Origin: Macrostomum hystrix
Taxonomy: Eukaryota; Animalia; Platyhelminthes
Assembly: GCA_950097015.1 (NCBI GenBank)
Contig: CATNEN010000005.1
Location: 3,968,001-4,032,000, forward strand
Reading direction: 5' to 3'
Length of the DNA: 64,000 nt
Shown: in pieces, positions 12,901 to 23,935 of the stretch
Layout: each line of letters opens with the position of its first letter
Position numbering within the stretch: position 1 is the first letter of the stretch
Notes under the pieces: generated by a model
What the model was told of the DNA's origin: nothing
Databases searched by the model: none
The model's input: only the letters and a program-made list of their open reading frames with translations
Program-made: the position numbers and the translations under genes

Positions 12901-15900
12901 TTTTTAACCACGATAATAAAAAATTAGCCGTAGGTAGCCGCAGAAGGCTAAGAACAGACATTTCTATTGCACAAGCTTAGTTTTGTTTGAGCTAGGAACG
13001 CCATGCAAGTTAAGTCCCTCCGATAGCAATTTGGACGTGTTCGGAAAAGGGCAAACATTGCTGAATGCCCGGCGCAAAGTCGGTGTTGTGCAGCCTCTGC
13101 ACCTGTCACAGAGGTGGCAGCCGAGGCGGTTCTAAGCAACAACGGCAACAGTGCGAGATGGATGAGCCAGGTCAACAACTGGCAGATAAGCGAGGCCAGT
13201 TGTCGCAGCAATTGCTGCCACTGCCGCAGCTTTCAGAGGCCACTACTGATGAGGCATCGGACGATATGCTCACAGAGTTGCCTACGTCATCCACTGCAAC
13301 GGGTGCTTTGGCTGGCTCTTCTAATAGACAGCCGCTGCAGCAGCAGCAGCAGATGGCACCTTCTACAGTTGCAGCGGCTGCTGCGGCTGCGATAGCAGCC
13401 CAGTTGTCTACGGGTACTTCAAGAAGAGGCTCCCTGTACTCTTTCAGACACTCGGACGAAGTGATTGTTACGCCGTTCGCTCAAGTGCTGCACACCCTGC
13501 GGTCTGTGTACGACAGTGTGAAGACTCTCACAGGAGCGGACAACGCGCCAAATCACCGGGCCAATAAGTGAGTTAAGTTTTTTATTAGCTAAATCTTGTA
13601 AGCCTGATAATATGGCTAATTGCCTGTACTTTGTAATTTCTAACTTGGGTCGAACAATCTAGAAAATATGTAGCATAATAACTGTACTTTAAAAGCAGTT
13701 GTTACGAGGGTTATTCATAGTCGACACTATTCCAGTTAACTATCTTCGACTTCATAATGCCTTTCAAGTATTCCCAATTAGCGCTTAATTTATTACAACT
13801 GTCACTTTAAGGACGGAGCAGAACTTTAATATAATAACGAGCCTTCGCTAATTCGCAATACTCCGCAGTCCGCTATGACTTAAAGTCCTACACCCCCCGG
13901 GCCCTGTGTTCTAAGTCCGCAGAAAGCCCCACCTCATTCTTTCCTTTCTTCCTGACTTATGCGAGCGTAGCAACCCCCTCCCCCCTTCCAACTGGCCCAA
14001 ACCTACCCCACTCGTATACACACACTCGCCGAGCACCACACACTTCTATCCTAACCCCCTCCGCCGCATCACCCCCTTTACCCCGCTGGGGTTTTGCTGA
14101 CGTCAACGCAGTCTAAAAATAGACCTTCCGGGGGAGGGTGTGGACCGTGGGGTGGTGGGGGGTTTCAGGGGGAGGCAAATACACACACCATAGCTAACAC
14201 TAAAGCGACTGTCACACACACAAAAGCCTCAGAACCGGCGCGCTTTTGGGGCGCGCAGTGGGTTTGTTAGATGAGGTCGAGGCGAAACGAGACGAGATGA
14301 GAGAGAGAGAGAGAGAAGGGAGTTCTTCCCCTCTTCAGACCAACCAAAAGCCTTTAAAGCCCTGCGCCATCTCTCTTTGCCAGCAGTCTGTTCAAGTCTG
14401 ATCATTCTAGGCTGAGAAATGAAGATCTAGTCCTTAATATTACTATCAGTGCATGTAGGAGTATTAACGTACGTATGCATTTAGATGAAGCCATGCAAGC
14501 AACATTTATTGGCCTACACATGGGATTTTCCCTTTGTCGATCTCTACTGGAGCAAAAAATATCCAACGATGCATTGAATAGTTCATGGTTATAATGCTAA
14601 CAAGACCATGGCTGACAGACAAGCAAGATATATTGAACAATTATGCATTTGGTATCTGGAGCATAGAAAACAATTCGCGTTAGCTGGGGATTATTTAGAG
14701 ACACGTCCGTTTTAACTAGCCAGCCAGGGGATTTGGACAGAGTAGCCTGGAAACAATAACACAATGTGTCTTCCCTAACAGCATTCGCGATCCATTTTAG
14801 GTCGGGTTGTTGCAATAAATCATGCAACATAGAGCTACACTGAAATGCACTTACAGCGTTACTCATACGCTCGTACAATCAGTCCTCATTTGCGGTGTCT
14901 TTTGTGTGCGCGCAAGCCCGTGTGTTAAAGGGGGTCATCCTCCCTGTCAGACTGGCAGGTTTAGCAGAGCTGTAGAATAGGTTTACACTTTTCTTTCCGT
15001 TTCCCCGCTAGCTTGCTAGTTACTAGGTATGAATAATTCCAATTTTCAACGCTGGTGCAATTCTTTGCTTTACTTTCAGTTCCGGAAGATCCACCGGTGG
15101 GGCGGCTGCGAACGAAGCCGGTAAGCTGCTTCATGGAAGTTTTGGTGCATTGGTGACGTGGGCGATGGTGACCTTTAGGGACGGACTGGGTTACAGGAAT
15201 AACTGAATAATTCTGCAATAATTCTGCATATCGGTCTACCGTTAAAGTTTCTGATCTACATTGAATTATGTATTTCTACTATGCAGACGATGAAGACTAC
15301 ACAGTTCTGGCTGAGAAGACTCTAAAAGACTTGGAATGGTGCCTTGAACAGTTGGAAACTGTGCAAACTCATCGCTCCGTTGCCGACATGGCTTCTAGCA
15401 AGGTAAAGACGAAAGTACTACTCCTAATTCGTTACGAAATCTAGATGCTTCTAGTTTTTTTAACTGAAACTAATCTCACAAAAAATTCAAATTGGAACAT
15501 TGACAGTTTAAGAAGCTGCTCAACATTGAGCTGGAGCGCATGAGCAGTGGACCCAGTGCGTCCAACGCTTCAACAGCTAATCAAATAGAGAACTACATAA
15601 AATCGACGTTTTTGGGTAAGCAGTTCAGACTCATTATTTTTTAGCTGAGTCGCCCAAACGCCAGCAACGCCTTGTACGAGCGCGAGTATCGCTCCATCGA
15701 GTGTCTATGGCACTGTGGCACGCGCAAGCTATGTTTCTATCACATTATTCTACGGCCGAAGTTTCAGTGTTTGGTATCAACCCAAGAGATGTGATTCCGG
15801 ACTCGTTTAGGCCATAGAATAGTGCGCGTTGTCATATTGACTAGACAACAGTGGGGCCTGCCATAAACAGGAGCATTATTGCACTCTGACTGCTAATAGT

Positions 15901-17937
15901 CTATGGTAACTCTCCATTATTTTGACTCACTGGTTGGCTAGACTATATGACAATGCCCAGCATGCTGGTTGGTCTTTTAGAACGGTCGTGAGCATTTCGT
16001 ACAAGTACCATAGACTTACGAGCTAAAATACAACAATAGTCTGGTGCCAATCACCACATCTACATGTACAAAAAGTATAAAGTACTCGTACAAAATAAAA
16101 ACACATGACGCAAGCTTATACACCAGCTTCCATTTTTTGTCTGAAACATTTCCAGAGAAGGACGACGACGAAGAAGGCAGAGCGGCCACAGATGCAGGAG
16201 CCGCCGCTGCAGGTGCCACCGGTACTCAGGTGCAGCAACAGCAGCAGTTGCAGCGCTCGCCAAAGGAGGCCAATGGAGCCCAGGCGACCATGACGCGAGT
16301 CCCGGTGCAGGCTCTACGTTCGCCTAGTTTGAGCGATGCTCCGATTCCACCGAAGCTGGGCGTGGAGACGCCTCACGCAGATGAGCTCAACGCATTGTTC
16401 AACGACAGCCTGGACAAATGGGGAATCGATATTTTCCGGGTTGACCATCTGTCCAACCGGCATCCACTTGTCACAGTTGTGTTTGCGATTTTTGAGGTGG
16501 GTTTCTCTTTCAAACTTAGACCTTTACTCTTGATCGCTCTTCATTGTTCAAACGAGTGCGTTTCACTAGCTCGAAATCACAAGTCCAATTTCACAATTTC
16601 ACAATCGACATTCCAGATCTTCGAAAGTCCGTGCATATCAAAATAAATTTCTGACAAAAAATCCTTTAGTTCTAACTACATGAACGTAATTCGATGTTTG
16701 TAGGCGGGGAGGCGTGAGTGTGTGCTCAGGGGTCAGCGAAATGGGCAGAATTGCCTCCTCGCATGCTGCGGGTCTAGTCTCAACAAATGATGTGCCATTG
16801 CCCGCAGCCCTCCTGCTATTATCATTATTATTCGGCTCGTTATCAACGAAAGTGTCCGGTGGCATATATGTCGTTTCTCTTTATGTCAGGGCTTATCGAG
16901 TCAATCAGACAGTAATCTCCTAATTTTCAGAAGCGTGACTTCCTTGGCAAGTTCCGAATCCATCCGAGCACACTAGTCAACTATTTCACTGGCATCGAGG
17001 AACATTATAAGCAGGACAATCCCTATCATAACGCTGTGCACGCAGCAGATGTCACTCAGAGCACGCACGTCCTGTTGAATGCAGCCTCCCTAGTGAACGT
17101 GTTCTCCGATCTCGAGATTCTAGCCAGCATCTTTGCCTGCGCTATTCACGACGTTAATCATCCGGGCGTCACTAACCAGTTCCTTATCAACACAGAGAAC
17201 GAACTGGCCATCATGTACAATGACATGAGCGTACTAGAAAATCACCACTGCGCAGTGGCCTTCAAGCTGCTTCAGGAGCCGAACTGCAACATTCTGCGAC
17301 ACCTGGACGACTCGCAGAGGAAGCAGCTGCGCAAGATGGTCATCGACATGGTGCTAGCCACGGACATGAGCAAGCACATGTCCCTGCTGGCCGATCTCAA
17401 GACCATGGTTGAGACCAAGAAGGTTGCCGGCGGTTGCCTATTGAAGCTGGACAATTACAGTGAGAAGATGCAGATTATGCAGAACATGGTGCATTGTGCC
17501 GACCTCAGCAATCCGGCCAAGCCGCTGCCGCTGTCCACCCAATGGGTGACGCGCGTCATGGAGGAGTTCTTCAATCAGGGTGACAGGGAGAAGGCCCTCG
17601 GCCTGCCAGTCAGTCCAATGTGCTGCCGAGAGACGGCTAATATTGAGAAGTCTCAGGTAAGGTGTTTATTAGAAAAACTGAAATGCTGGACTTCCAGAGT
17701 CATAATTATGTATGGGTCTACTTATAGCTGCGTCAATGCCTTTTCCAGGTGTCCTTCATTGACTTCATTGTCCACCCACTTTGGGAGGCGTGGACTGAGT
17801 TAGTTCACCCTGATGCTGAGCACATTCTGAGCACTTTGGAACAAAACAGGGACCACTATTCGGAACTTTCTGCTGCCAGAGAGGCAGAGGAGCAGCAGCA
17901 GCAGCCGCAGCAACAGAAGCAGCACCGTCACTCGTAG
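3904..17937 (+). CDS. PDE4: cAMP-specific phosphodiesterase 4 (dunce/PDE4), long isoform, about 666 aa
   Basis: Exons 3904-4100, 9402-9563, 13448-13567, 15080-15120, 15287-15402, 15507-15615, 16156-16496, 16931-17656, 17749-17937. All introns are GT-AG and phase-compatible (2001 nt). UCR1: [18 protein letters not shown]...[17 protein letters not shown]2: [29 protein letters not shown]. Catalytic motifs: [66 protein letters not shown]. Choice of first exon is the least certain part. Confidence 0.93.
4152..4668 (+). mobile_element. Non-autonomous TIR element family A, copy lacking right end
   Basis: About 500 bp colinear with 52520-53035, starting with taacagtagatctaccaa. Confidence 0.8.
6708..7447 (+). 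mobile_element. Non-autonomous TIR element family B
   Basis: Ends ttagcagtagaaag and ctttctactgttaa are inverted. Internal segments recur near 24500-24790, 25840-25960, 49474-49628 plus 50243-50410 (reverse), and 53368-53590. Confidence 0.7.
7798..8090 (+). CDS. Candidate alternative first coding exon of PDE4
   Basis: ATG-initiated open frame ([12 protein letters not shown]...) with a phase-2 donor GG|GTTGGT at 8090/8091, compatible with the phase-2 acceptor at 9402. Confidence 0.5.
8919..8974 (+). CDS. Candidate alternative first coding exon of PDE4
   Basis: [18 protein letters not shown] followed by phase-2 donor GG|GTTAGA, in frame with the UCR1 exon at 9402. Confidence 0.45.
12395..12427 (+). 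promoter_or_regulatory. Full CRE (TGACGTCA) followed by Inr-like TCAGTT in a PDE4 intron
   Basis: TGACGTCA at 12395-12402 and TCAGTT at 12422-12427, about 670 bp upstream of the 13065 ORF, with a GA-rich stretch nearby. Confidence 0.45.
13065..13567 (+). CDS. Candidate alternative PDE4 first exon reading through the 13448 acceptor
   Basis: 168-aa ORF with coding-like Q/A-rich composition that runs in frame into [12 protein letters not shown] and ends at the shared donor AA|GTGAGT. Start is ATG 13065 or the downstream MDEPGQQ. Confidence 0.6.
14098..14105. promoter_or_regulatory. Full CRE in the PDE4 intron upstream of the UCR2 exons
   Basis: TGACGTCA within a C-rich/G-rich promoter-like stretch (about 13900-14320) that includes a (GA)n run. 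Confidence 0.4.
16705..16830 (+). mobile_element. SINE S1 3' fragment in PDE4 intron
   Basis: gtgtgctcagg..cagcgaaatgggcagaattgcctcctcgc...cccgcagccctcctgc plus an (att)n-like tail. Confidence 0.85.
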
Positions 17938-19325
17938 GACTATAAATTTCAGTACCTCTTTACCATTCTGAAATCAGACAGGGTTCCGTACAGAAATATT
18001 CTAGCCCTCACTCAATCGCTTATAAAAAGGTTAACAAAACTGCTAGCTATATATTTTCATGCAACTACAATGTATCTTTCCGTGTTCCTCGTCATCCTCG
18101 TCAGTTATTTTTCTGTTTCATTTCCTGACGCTTCTTGTTGACAACTCGGCCATCGGAATTTTCAGTCAATCATTCAGGCAGATTTGAGTTTCGCAGACCT
18201 CAGCCGTATTCTATTTTTAAGTACCAGACACACTAGCTAAAGTAAAATAACGAAATCGAAAGACAGCTGGGTGAACTGAAGTTCTCAATTCCCTTCCCTT
18301 TATAAGATTCGAACTCACGACCTTTCGGTCCGAAGTTCCGACCACTTAACTACTCGTACAAGATTAACCCACAGACTTTGCTTTGCTAACTTACAATTAT
18401 TGTTCTATTCCAAGCGTTGAAACCGCTGGTCCAAGAATTTTTCTTTAAAGTTCCGTATTACCTGTGTTCTTTAATTTTCTACCCGCCTGTGTCCTGTGTA
18501 TTGTTATAAATGCGTAGATGTGTTAAAGAGTCTAACAAATGTATACATATTTATTATTTGTGTGCGTACCCGTGTGTGAATATTTCGCGAAGGAGACAAT
18601 TATTGAATACATTAGCTTAGGAATCATCTTTTGAAGCATAACCGTTTTTGCTTTTCTGTGTCCGCGCGCGCTGCTCTCCGCTTTCTGATCATTCTTGTTT
18701 TTAAGCTGCTTGTTTGCTTATTTTGTTACTATTAACAGTGCGAACAGTAGGCGAAAAAGAAGTTTCTGAATTGAATTAATGCTGTTGTAGTTTAATTTAA
18801 CTAAACTGTGTAAATTAATTCATGTCCTAAATTATTTATATTCCATATTACTTCACAGCTAGAATTTAATTTGTGCTATTCTGCAACAATGACATCAAGC
18901 AAACAATGCGTTTCTAAGACATGTGAGGACTCAAACTTGTACTTTCTCTTTTCTTGTGACAGTTTAAATGAGAAAGGAGCTAAAATACTTCTACTAAGCT
19001 GCATTGTACTCGTTAACCTATCTGTACCCTGTCGTCTGTCCTTTAAGCGCGCCAGTTAAATTTTGTGTCTGTCTGCATATCATGATACTTAGGTAAATTT
19101 ATTTGTTACATATAGGTGATTTGTGTGCAGGAAATGTTCATAAACAATGAAGCTTAATGTTTAAATAGACAGAGAAAATTGAATTTCACATACTCAAATT
19201 TTATCCGAAACTATTACCTTTTCTGTGTCGTGACTCCGTCATTCTGTTAACACACCGATCCACGTAGCGGATATATTCTGCAATGACAAATGACTGTGCA
19301 TTCCCTACACTTTATTATCGATTTA

Positions 19326-20033
19326 AACTCCATTCACCATCCCGAGTCACTCTCCATTCACCATTAAGAGTCACTCTCCATTCACCATTAAGAGTCACTC
19401 TCCATTCACCATCGAGAGTCACTCTCCATTCACCATCGAGAGTCACTCTCCATTCACCATCGAGAGTCACTCTCCATTCACCATCGAGAGCCACTCTCCA
19501 TTCACCATCGAGAGTCACTCTCCATTCACCATCGAGAGTCACTCTCCATTCACCATCGAGAGTCACTCTCCATTCACCATCGAGAGTCACTCTCCATTCA
19601 CCATCGAGAGTCACTCTCCATTCACCATCGAGAGTCACTCTCCATTCACCATCAAGAGTCATTCTCCATTCACCATCGAGAGTCACTCTCCATTCACCAT
19701 CGAGAGTCACTCTCCATTCACCATCGAGAGTCACTCTCCATTCACCATCGAGAGTCACTCTCCATTCACCATCGAGAGTCACTCTCCATTCACCATCGAG
19801 AGTCACTCTCCATTCACCATCGAGAGTCACTCTCCATTCACCATCGAGAGTCACTCTCCATTCACCATCGAGAGTCACTCTCCATTCACCATCGAGAGTC
19901 ACTCTCCATTCACCATCGAGAGTCACTCTCCATTCACCATCGGGAGTCACTCTCCATTCAACATCGAGAGTCACTCTCCATTCACCATCGAGAGTCACTC
20001 TCCATTCACCATCGAGAGTCACTCTCCATTCAC
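19326..20033. repeat. 24-bp minisatellite (actctccattcaccatcgagagtc)n
   Basis: About 29 highly homogeneous units. The 270-aa and 235-aa ORFs here are repeat artefacts. Confidence 0.97.
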
Positions 20034-20223
20034 AAATTAATTCTTTATTATTGTTAAAGAAAGATATTTCTGCTCGTCTGTGCTACTTAAAGTAGTGTTT
20101 TTTGGAAAAAATTGTATCTATCTAAAGTGCATCAAGCCGCAGTCAATTCATAATAATTCTCGTGAAATGCATCCAGCGCCAATAAAAAAGTATATTTTGA
20201 GTTATTTCGTGATAGTGGCTGTG

Positions 20224-22513
20224 GGGGAGAGAGTAGATGAGAGTGTGTGAGAGTGGGTGAATGTGGGTGAGAGTGGGTGAGAGTGGTGAGAGTGGTGAGA
20301 GTGGGTGAGAGTGGGTGAGAGTAGGTGAGAGTAGGTGAGAGTGGATGAGAGTGGGTGAGAGTAGGTGAGAGTGGATGAGAGTGGGTGAGAGTGGGTGAAT
20401 GTGGGTGAGAGTGGTTGAGAGTGGGTGAGAGTGGGTGATAGTGGGTGAGAGTGTGTGAGAGTGGGTGAATGTGGGTGAGAGTGGGTGAGGGTGGTGAGAG
20501 TGGGTGAGGATGGATGAGAGTGGGTGAGAGTAGGTGAGAGTGGGTGAGAGTGGGTGAGAGTGGTTGAGAGTGGATGAGAGTGGGTGAGAGTGGGTGATAG
20601 TGGGTGAGAGTGGGTGAGAGTTGGTGAGAGTGGATGAGAGTGGGTGAGAGTGGGTGAGAGTGGGTGAGAGTGGTTGAGAGTGGATGAGAGTGGGTGAGAG
20701 TGGGTGATAGTGGGTGAGAGTGGGTGAGAGTTGGTGAGAGTGGATGAGAGTGGGTGAGAGTGGGTGAGAGTTGGTGAGAGTGGGTGATAGTGGGTGAGAG
20801 TGGATGAGAGTGGGTGAGAGTGGGTGAGAGTGGGTGAGAGTTGGTGAGAGTGGATGAGAGTGGGTGAGAGTGGGTGAGAGTGGATGAGAGTGGGTGAGAG
20901 TGGGTGAGAGTGGGTGAGAGTGGGTGATAGTGGGTGAGAGTGGGTGAGAGTTGGTGAGAGTGAATGAGAGTGGGTGAGAGTGAATGAGAGTGGGTGAGAG
21001 TGGGTGAGAGTGGTTGAGAGTGGATGAGAGTGGGTGAGAGTGGGTGAATGTGGGTGAGAGTGGGTGAGAGTGGGTGAGAGTGGGTGATAGTGGGTGAGAG
21101 TGGGTGAGAGTTGGTGAGAGTGAATGAGAGTGGGTGAGAGTGAATGAGAGTGGGTGAGAGTGGGTGAGAGTGGTTGAGAGTGGATGAGAGTGGGTGAGAG
21201 TGGGTGAATGTGGGTGAGAGTGGGTGAATGTGGGTGAGAGTGGATGAGAGTGGGTGAGAGTGGATGAGAGTGGGTGAGAGTGGTTGAGAGTGGATGAGAG
21301 TGGGTGAGAGTGGGTGAATGTGGGTGATAGTGGGTGAGAGTGGGTGAGAGTGGGAAATAAAAGTAATAGTGGGGAAGCTTGTCAAATGAGGCGTGGGTCA
21401 CAATAATTCCCTTAAAGTACCCAGGGGTGAGAGTGGGTGAGAGTGGTTGAGAGTGGATGAGAGTGGGTGAGAGTGGTTGAGAGTGGGTGAGAGTGGTTGA
21501 GAGTGGATGAGAGTGGGTGAGAGTGGATGAGAGTGGTTGAGAGTGGATGAGAGTGGGTGAGAGTGGGTGAGAGTGGGTGAGAGTGGGTGAGAGTGGGTGA
21601 TAGTGGGTGAGAGTGGGTGAGAGTGGGTGATAGTGGGTGAGAGTGGGTGAGAGTTGGTGAGAGTGAATGAGAGTGGGTGAGAGTGGGTGAGAGTGGTTGA
21701 GAGTGGATGAGAGTGGGTGAGAGTGGATGAGAGTGGGTGAGAGTGGGTGAGAGTGGGTGAGAGTGGGTGATAGTGGGTGAGAGTGGGTGAGAGTTGGTGA
21801 GAGTGAATGAGAGTGGGTGAGAGTGAATGAGAGTGGGTGAGAGTGGGTGAGAGTGGTTGAGAGTGGATGAGAGTGGGTGAGAGTGGGTGAATGTGGGTGA
21901 GAGTGGGTGAGAGTGGGTGAGAGTGGGTGATAGTGGGTGAGAGTGGGTGAGAGTTGGTGAGAGTGAATGAGAGTGGGTGAGAGTGAATGAGAGTGGGTGA
22001 GAGTGGGTGAGAGTGGTTGAGAGTGGATGAGAGTGGGTGAGAGTGGGTGAATGTGGGTAAGAGTGGGTGAATGTGGGTGAGAGTGGATGAGAGTGGGTGA
22101 GAGTGGATGAGAGTGGGTGAGAGTGGTTGAGAGTGGATGAGAGTGGGTGAGAGTGGGTGAATGTGGGTGATAGTGGGTGAGAGTGGGTGAGAGTGGGAAA
22201 TAAAAGTAATAGTGGGGAAGCTTGTCAAATGAGGCGTGGGTCACAATAATTCCCTTAAAGTACCCAGGGGTGAGAGTGGGTGAGAGTGGTTGAGAGTGGA
22301 TGAGAGTGGGTGAGAGTGGTTGAGAGTGGGTGAGAGTGGTTGAGAGTGGATGAGAGTGGGTGAGAGTGGATGAGAGTGGGTGAGAGTGGGTGAGAGTGGA
22401 TGAGAGTGGGTGAGAGTGGATGAGAGTGGGAAATAAAAGTAATTGTGGGGAAGCTTGTCAAATGAGGCGTGGGTCACAATAATTCCCTTAAAGTACCCAG
22501 GGGTGAGTGTGGA
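20224..22513. repeat. 10-bp G-rich satellite (gagtgggtga)n with higher-order blocks
   Basis: About 2.3 kb array interrupted three times by the same unique segment of about 75 bp (gggaaataaaagtaat...cccttaaagtacccagggg) starting near 21352, 22195 and 22428. Confidence 0.97.
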
Positions 22514-23189
22514 TGTTACAAAAGCTGACATGCGATATGGTGTCTAAATTTAGCAGGAAAAATGTTTTTCGACCAGAAACACGGATAGGATTACGGGTAC
22601 TCATGCAGCGATGAGTCTGTGAAGGTCTTTGTCAAGTGCTTTCGAAATCCAAGCAGCTGTCTATTATTCGACTACGGCATAAAATGTCGTGAAAGCTTTC
22701 TCGGATAAAAATCCTTGTTTGTTAGATCATGTTTCCCGAAACACGCCGTCGTAATGGAAATGAATATACGAGTAATCTTCGAATCAATCGCCTGATATTT
22801 TATCCTTGTATTTTTGCTCTTTCCGATCTGCATTTCTAATACTTTCTTCTTCTGTATATTGATTAATGAAAATGCTCCGACCGTTGGTGCACTAAATATA
22901 GCTTTGTTGTCTCAATTTCCTGAAATATTTCAGATAGTAACTTCTTTATTCATCGTTATATTTCCTGTAAATTCTTTGCAGAACGATGAAGGAAGACCTG
23001 TGATATATTTAGTCCTTTTCAATCTGGTTTAATAACCTAGCCGTCAATTCTGTTCGAATCCTTTTGAAAGCATTGTGACCGGCTAAGATTTAAAGGTCTT
23101 ATTTGCACTTTTATGGCCGCTAATTAACCTGAATTGCATCTTAGCAATAAATTACCTAAATTGATAATTGAGTTAGCTGCTAATTACCT

Positions 23190-23935
23190 TCATTGATAAT
23201 CTATGCAGGGTCTCATTACCCCCATCAATCAATGCAGGGTCTTATTACCCCCATCAATCAATGCAGGGTCTTATTTCTCTCATCGATAATCCATGTAGGG
23301 TCTTATTACCCTCATCGATAATCCATGTAGGGTCTTATTGCCCTCATCCATAATCCATGTAGGGTCTTATTACTCTCATCCATAATCCATGTAGGGTCTT
23401 ATTGCTCTCATCCATAATCCATGCAGGGTCTTATTGCTCTCATCGATAATCCATGTAGGGTCTTATTACTCTCATCCATAATCCATGTAGGGTCTTATTG
23501 CTCTCATCCATAATCCATGCAGGGTCTTATTGCTCTCATCGATAATCCATGTAGGGTCTTATTACCTTCATCGATAATCCATGTAGGGTCTTATTACCCT
23601 CATCGATAATCCATGTAGGGTCTTATTACCCTCATCGATAATCCATGTAGGGTCTTATTGCTCTCATCCATAATCCATGTAGGGTCTTATTGCTCTCATC
23701 CATAATCCATGTAGGGTCTTATTACTCTCATCCATAATCCATGTAGGGTCTTATTGCTCTCATCCATAATCCATGTAGGGTCTTATTACTCTCATCCATA
23801 ATCCATGTAGGGTCTGATTGCTCTCATCGATAATCCATGTAGGGTCTGATTGCTCTCATCGATAATCCATGTAGGGTCTGATTGCTCTCATCGATAATCC
23901 ATGTAGGGTCTTATTACTCTCATTGAAAATCTATA
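23190..23935. repeat. 32-bp minisatellite (ataatccatgtagggtcttattgctctcatcc)n
   Basis: Period 32 measured between atccatgt at 23321 and 23353. About 22 units with degenerate edges. Confidence 0.95.

Noticed and set aside
21352-22503. Repeat/unique alternation resembling a CRISPR array
   Set aside because: Eukaryotic context. The unique segments are identical to each other and the intervening DNA is satellite, which is the reverse of CRISPR organisation. No cas genes.
19283-22531. Long ORFs of 235-680 aa
   Set aside because: They are translations of 24-bp and 10-bp satellites that lack stops in some frames, with no splice or start context.
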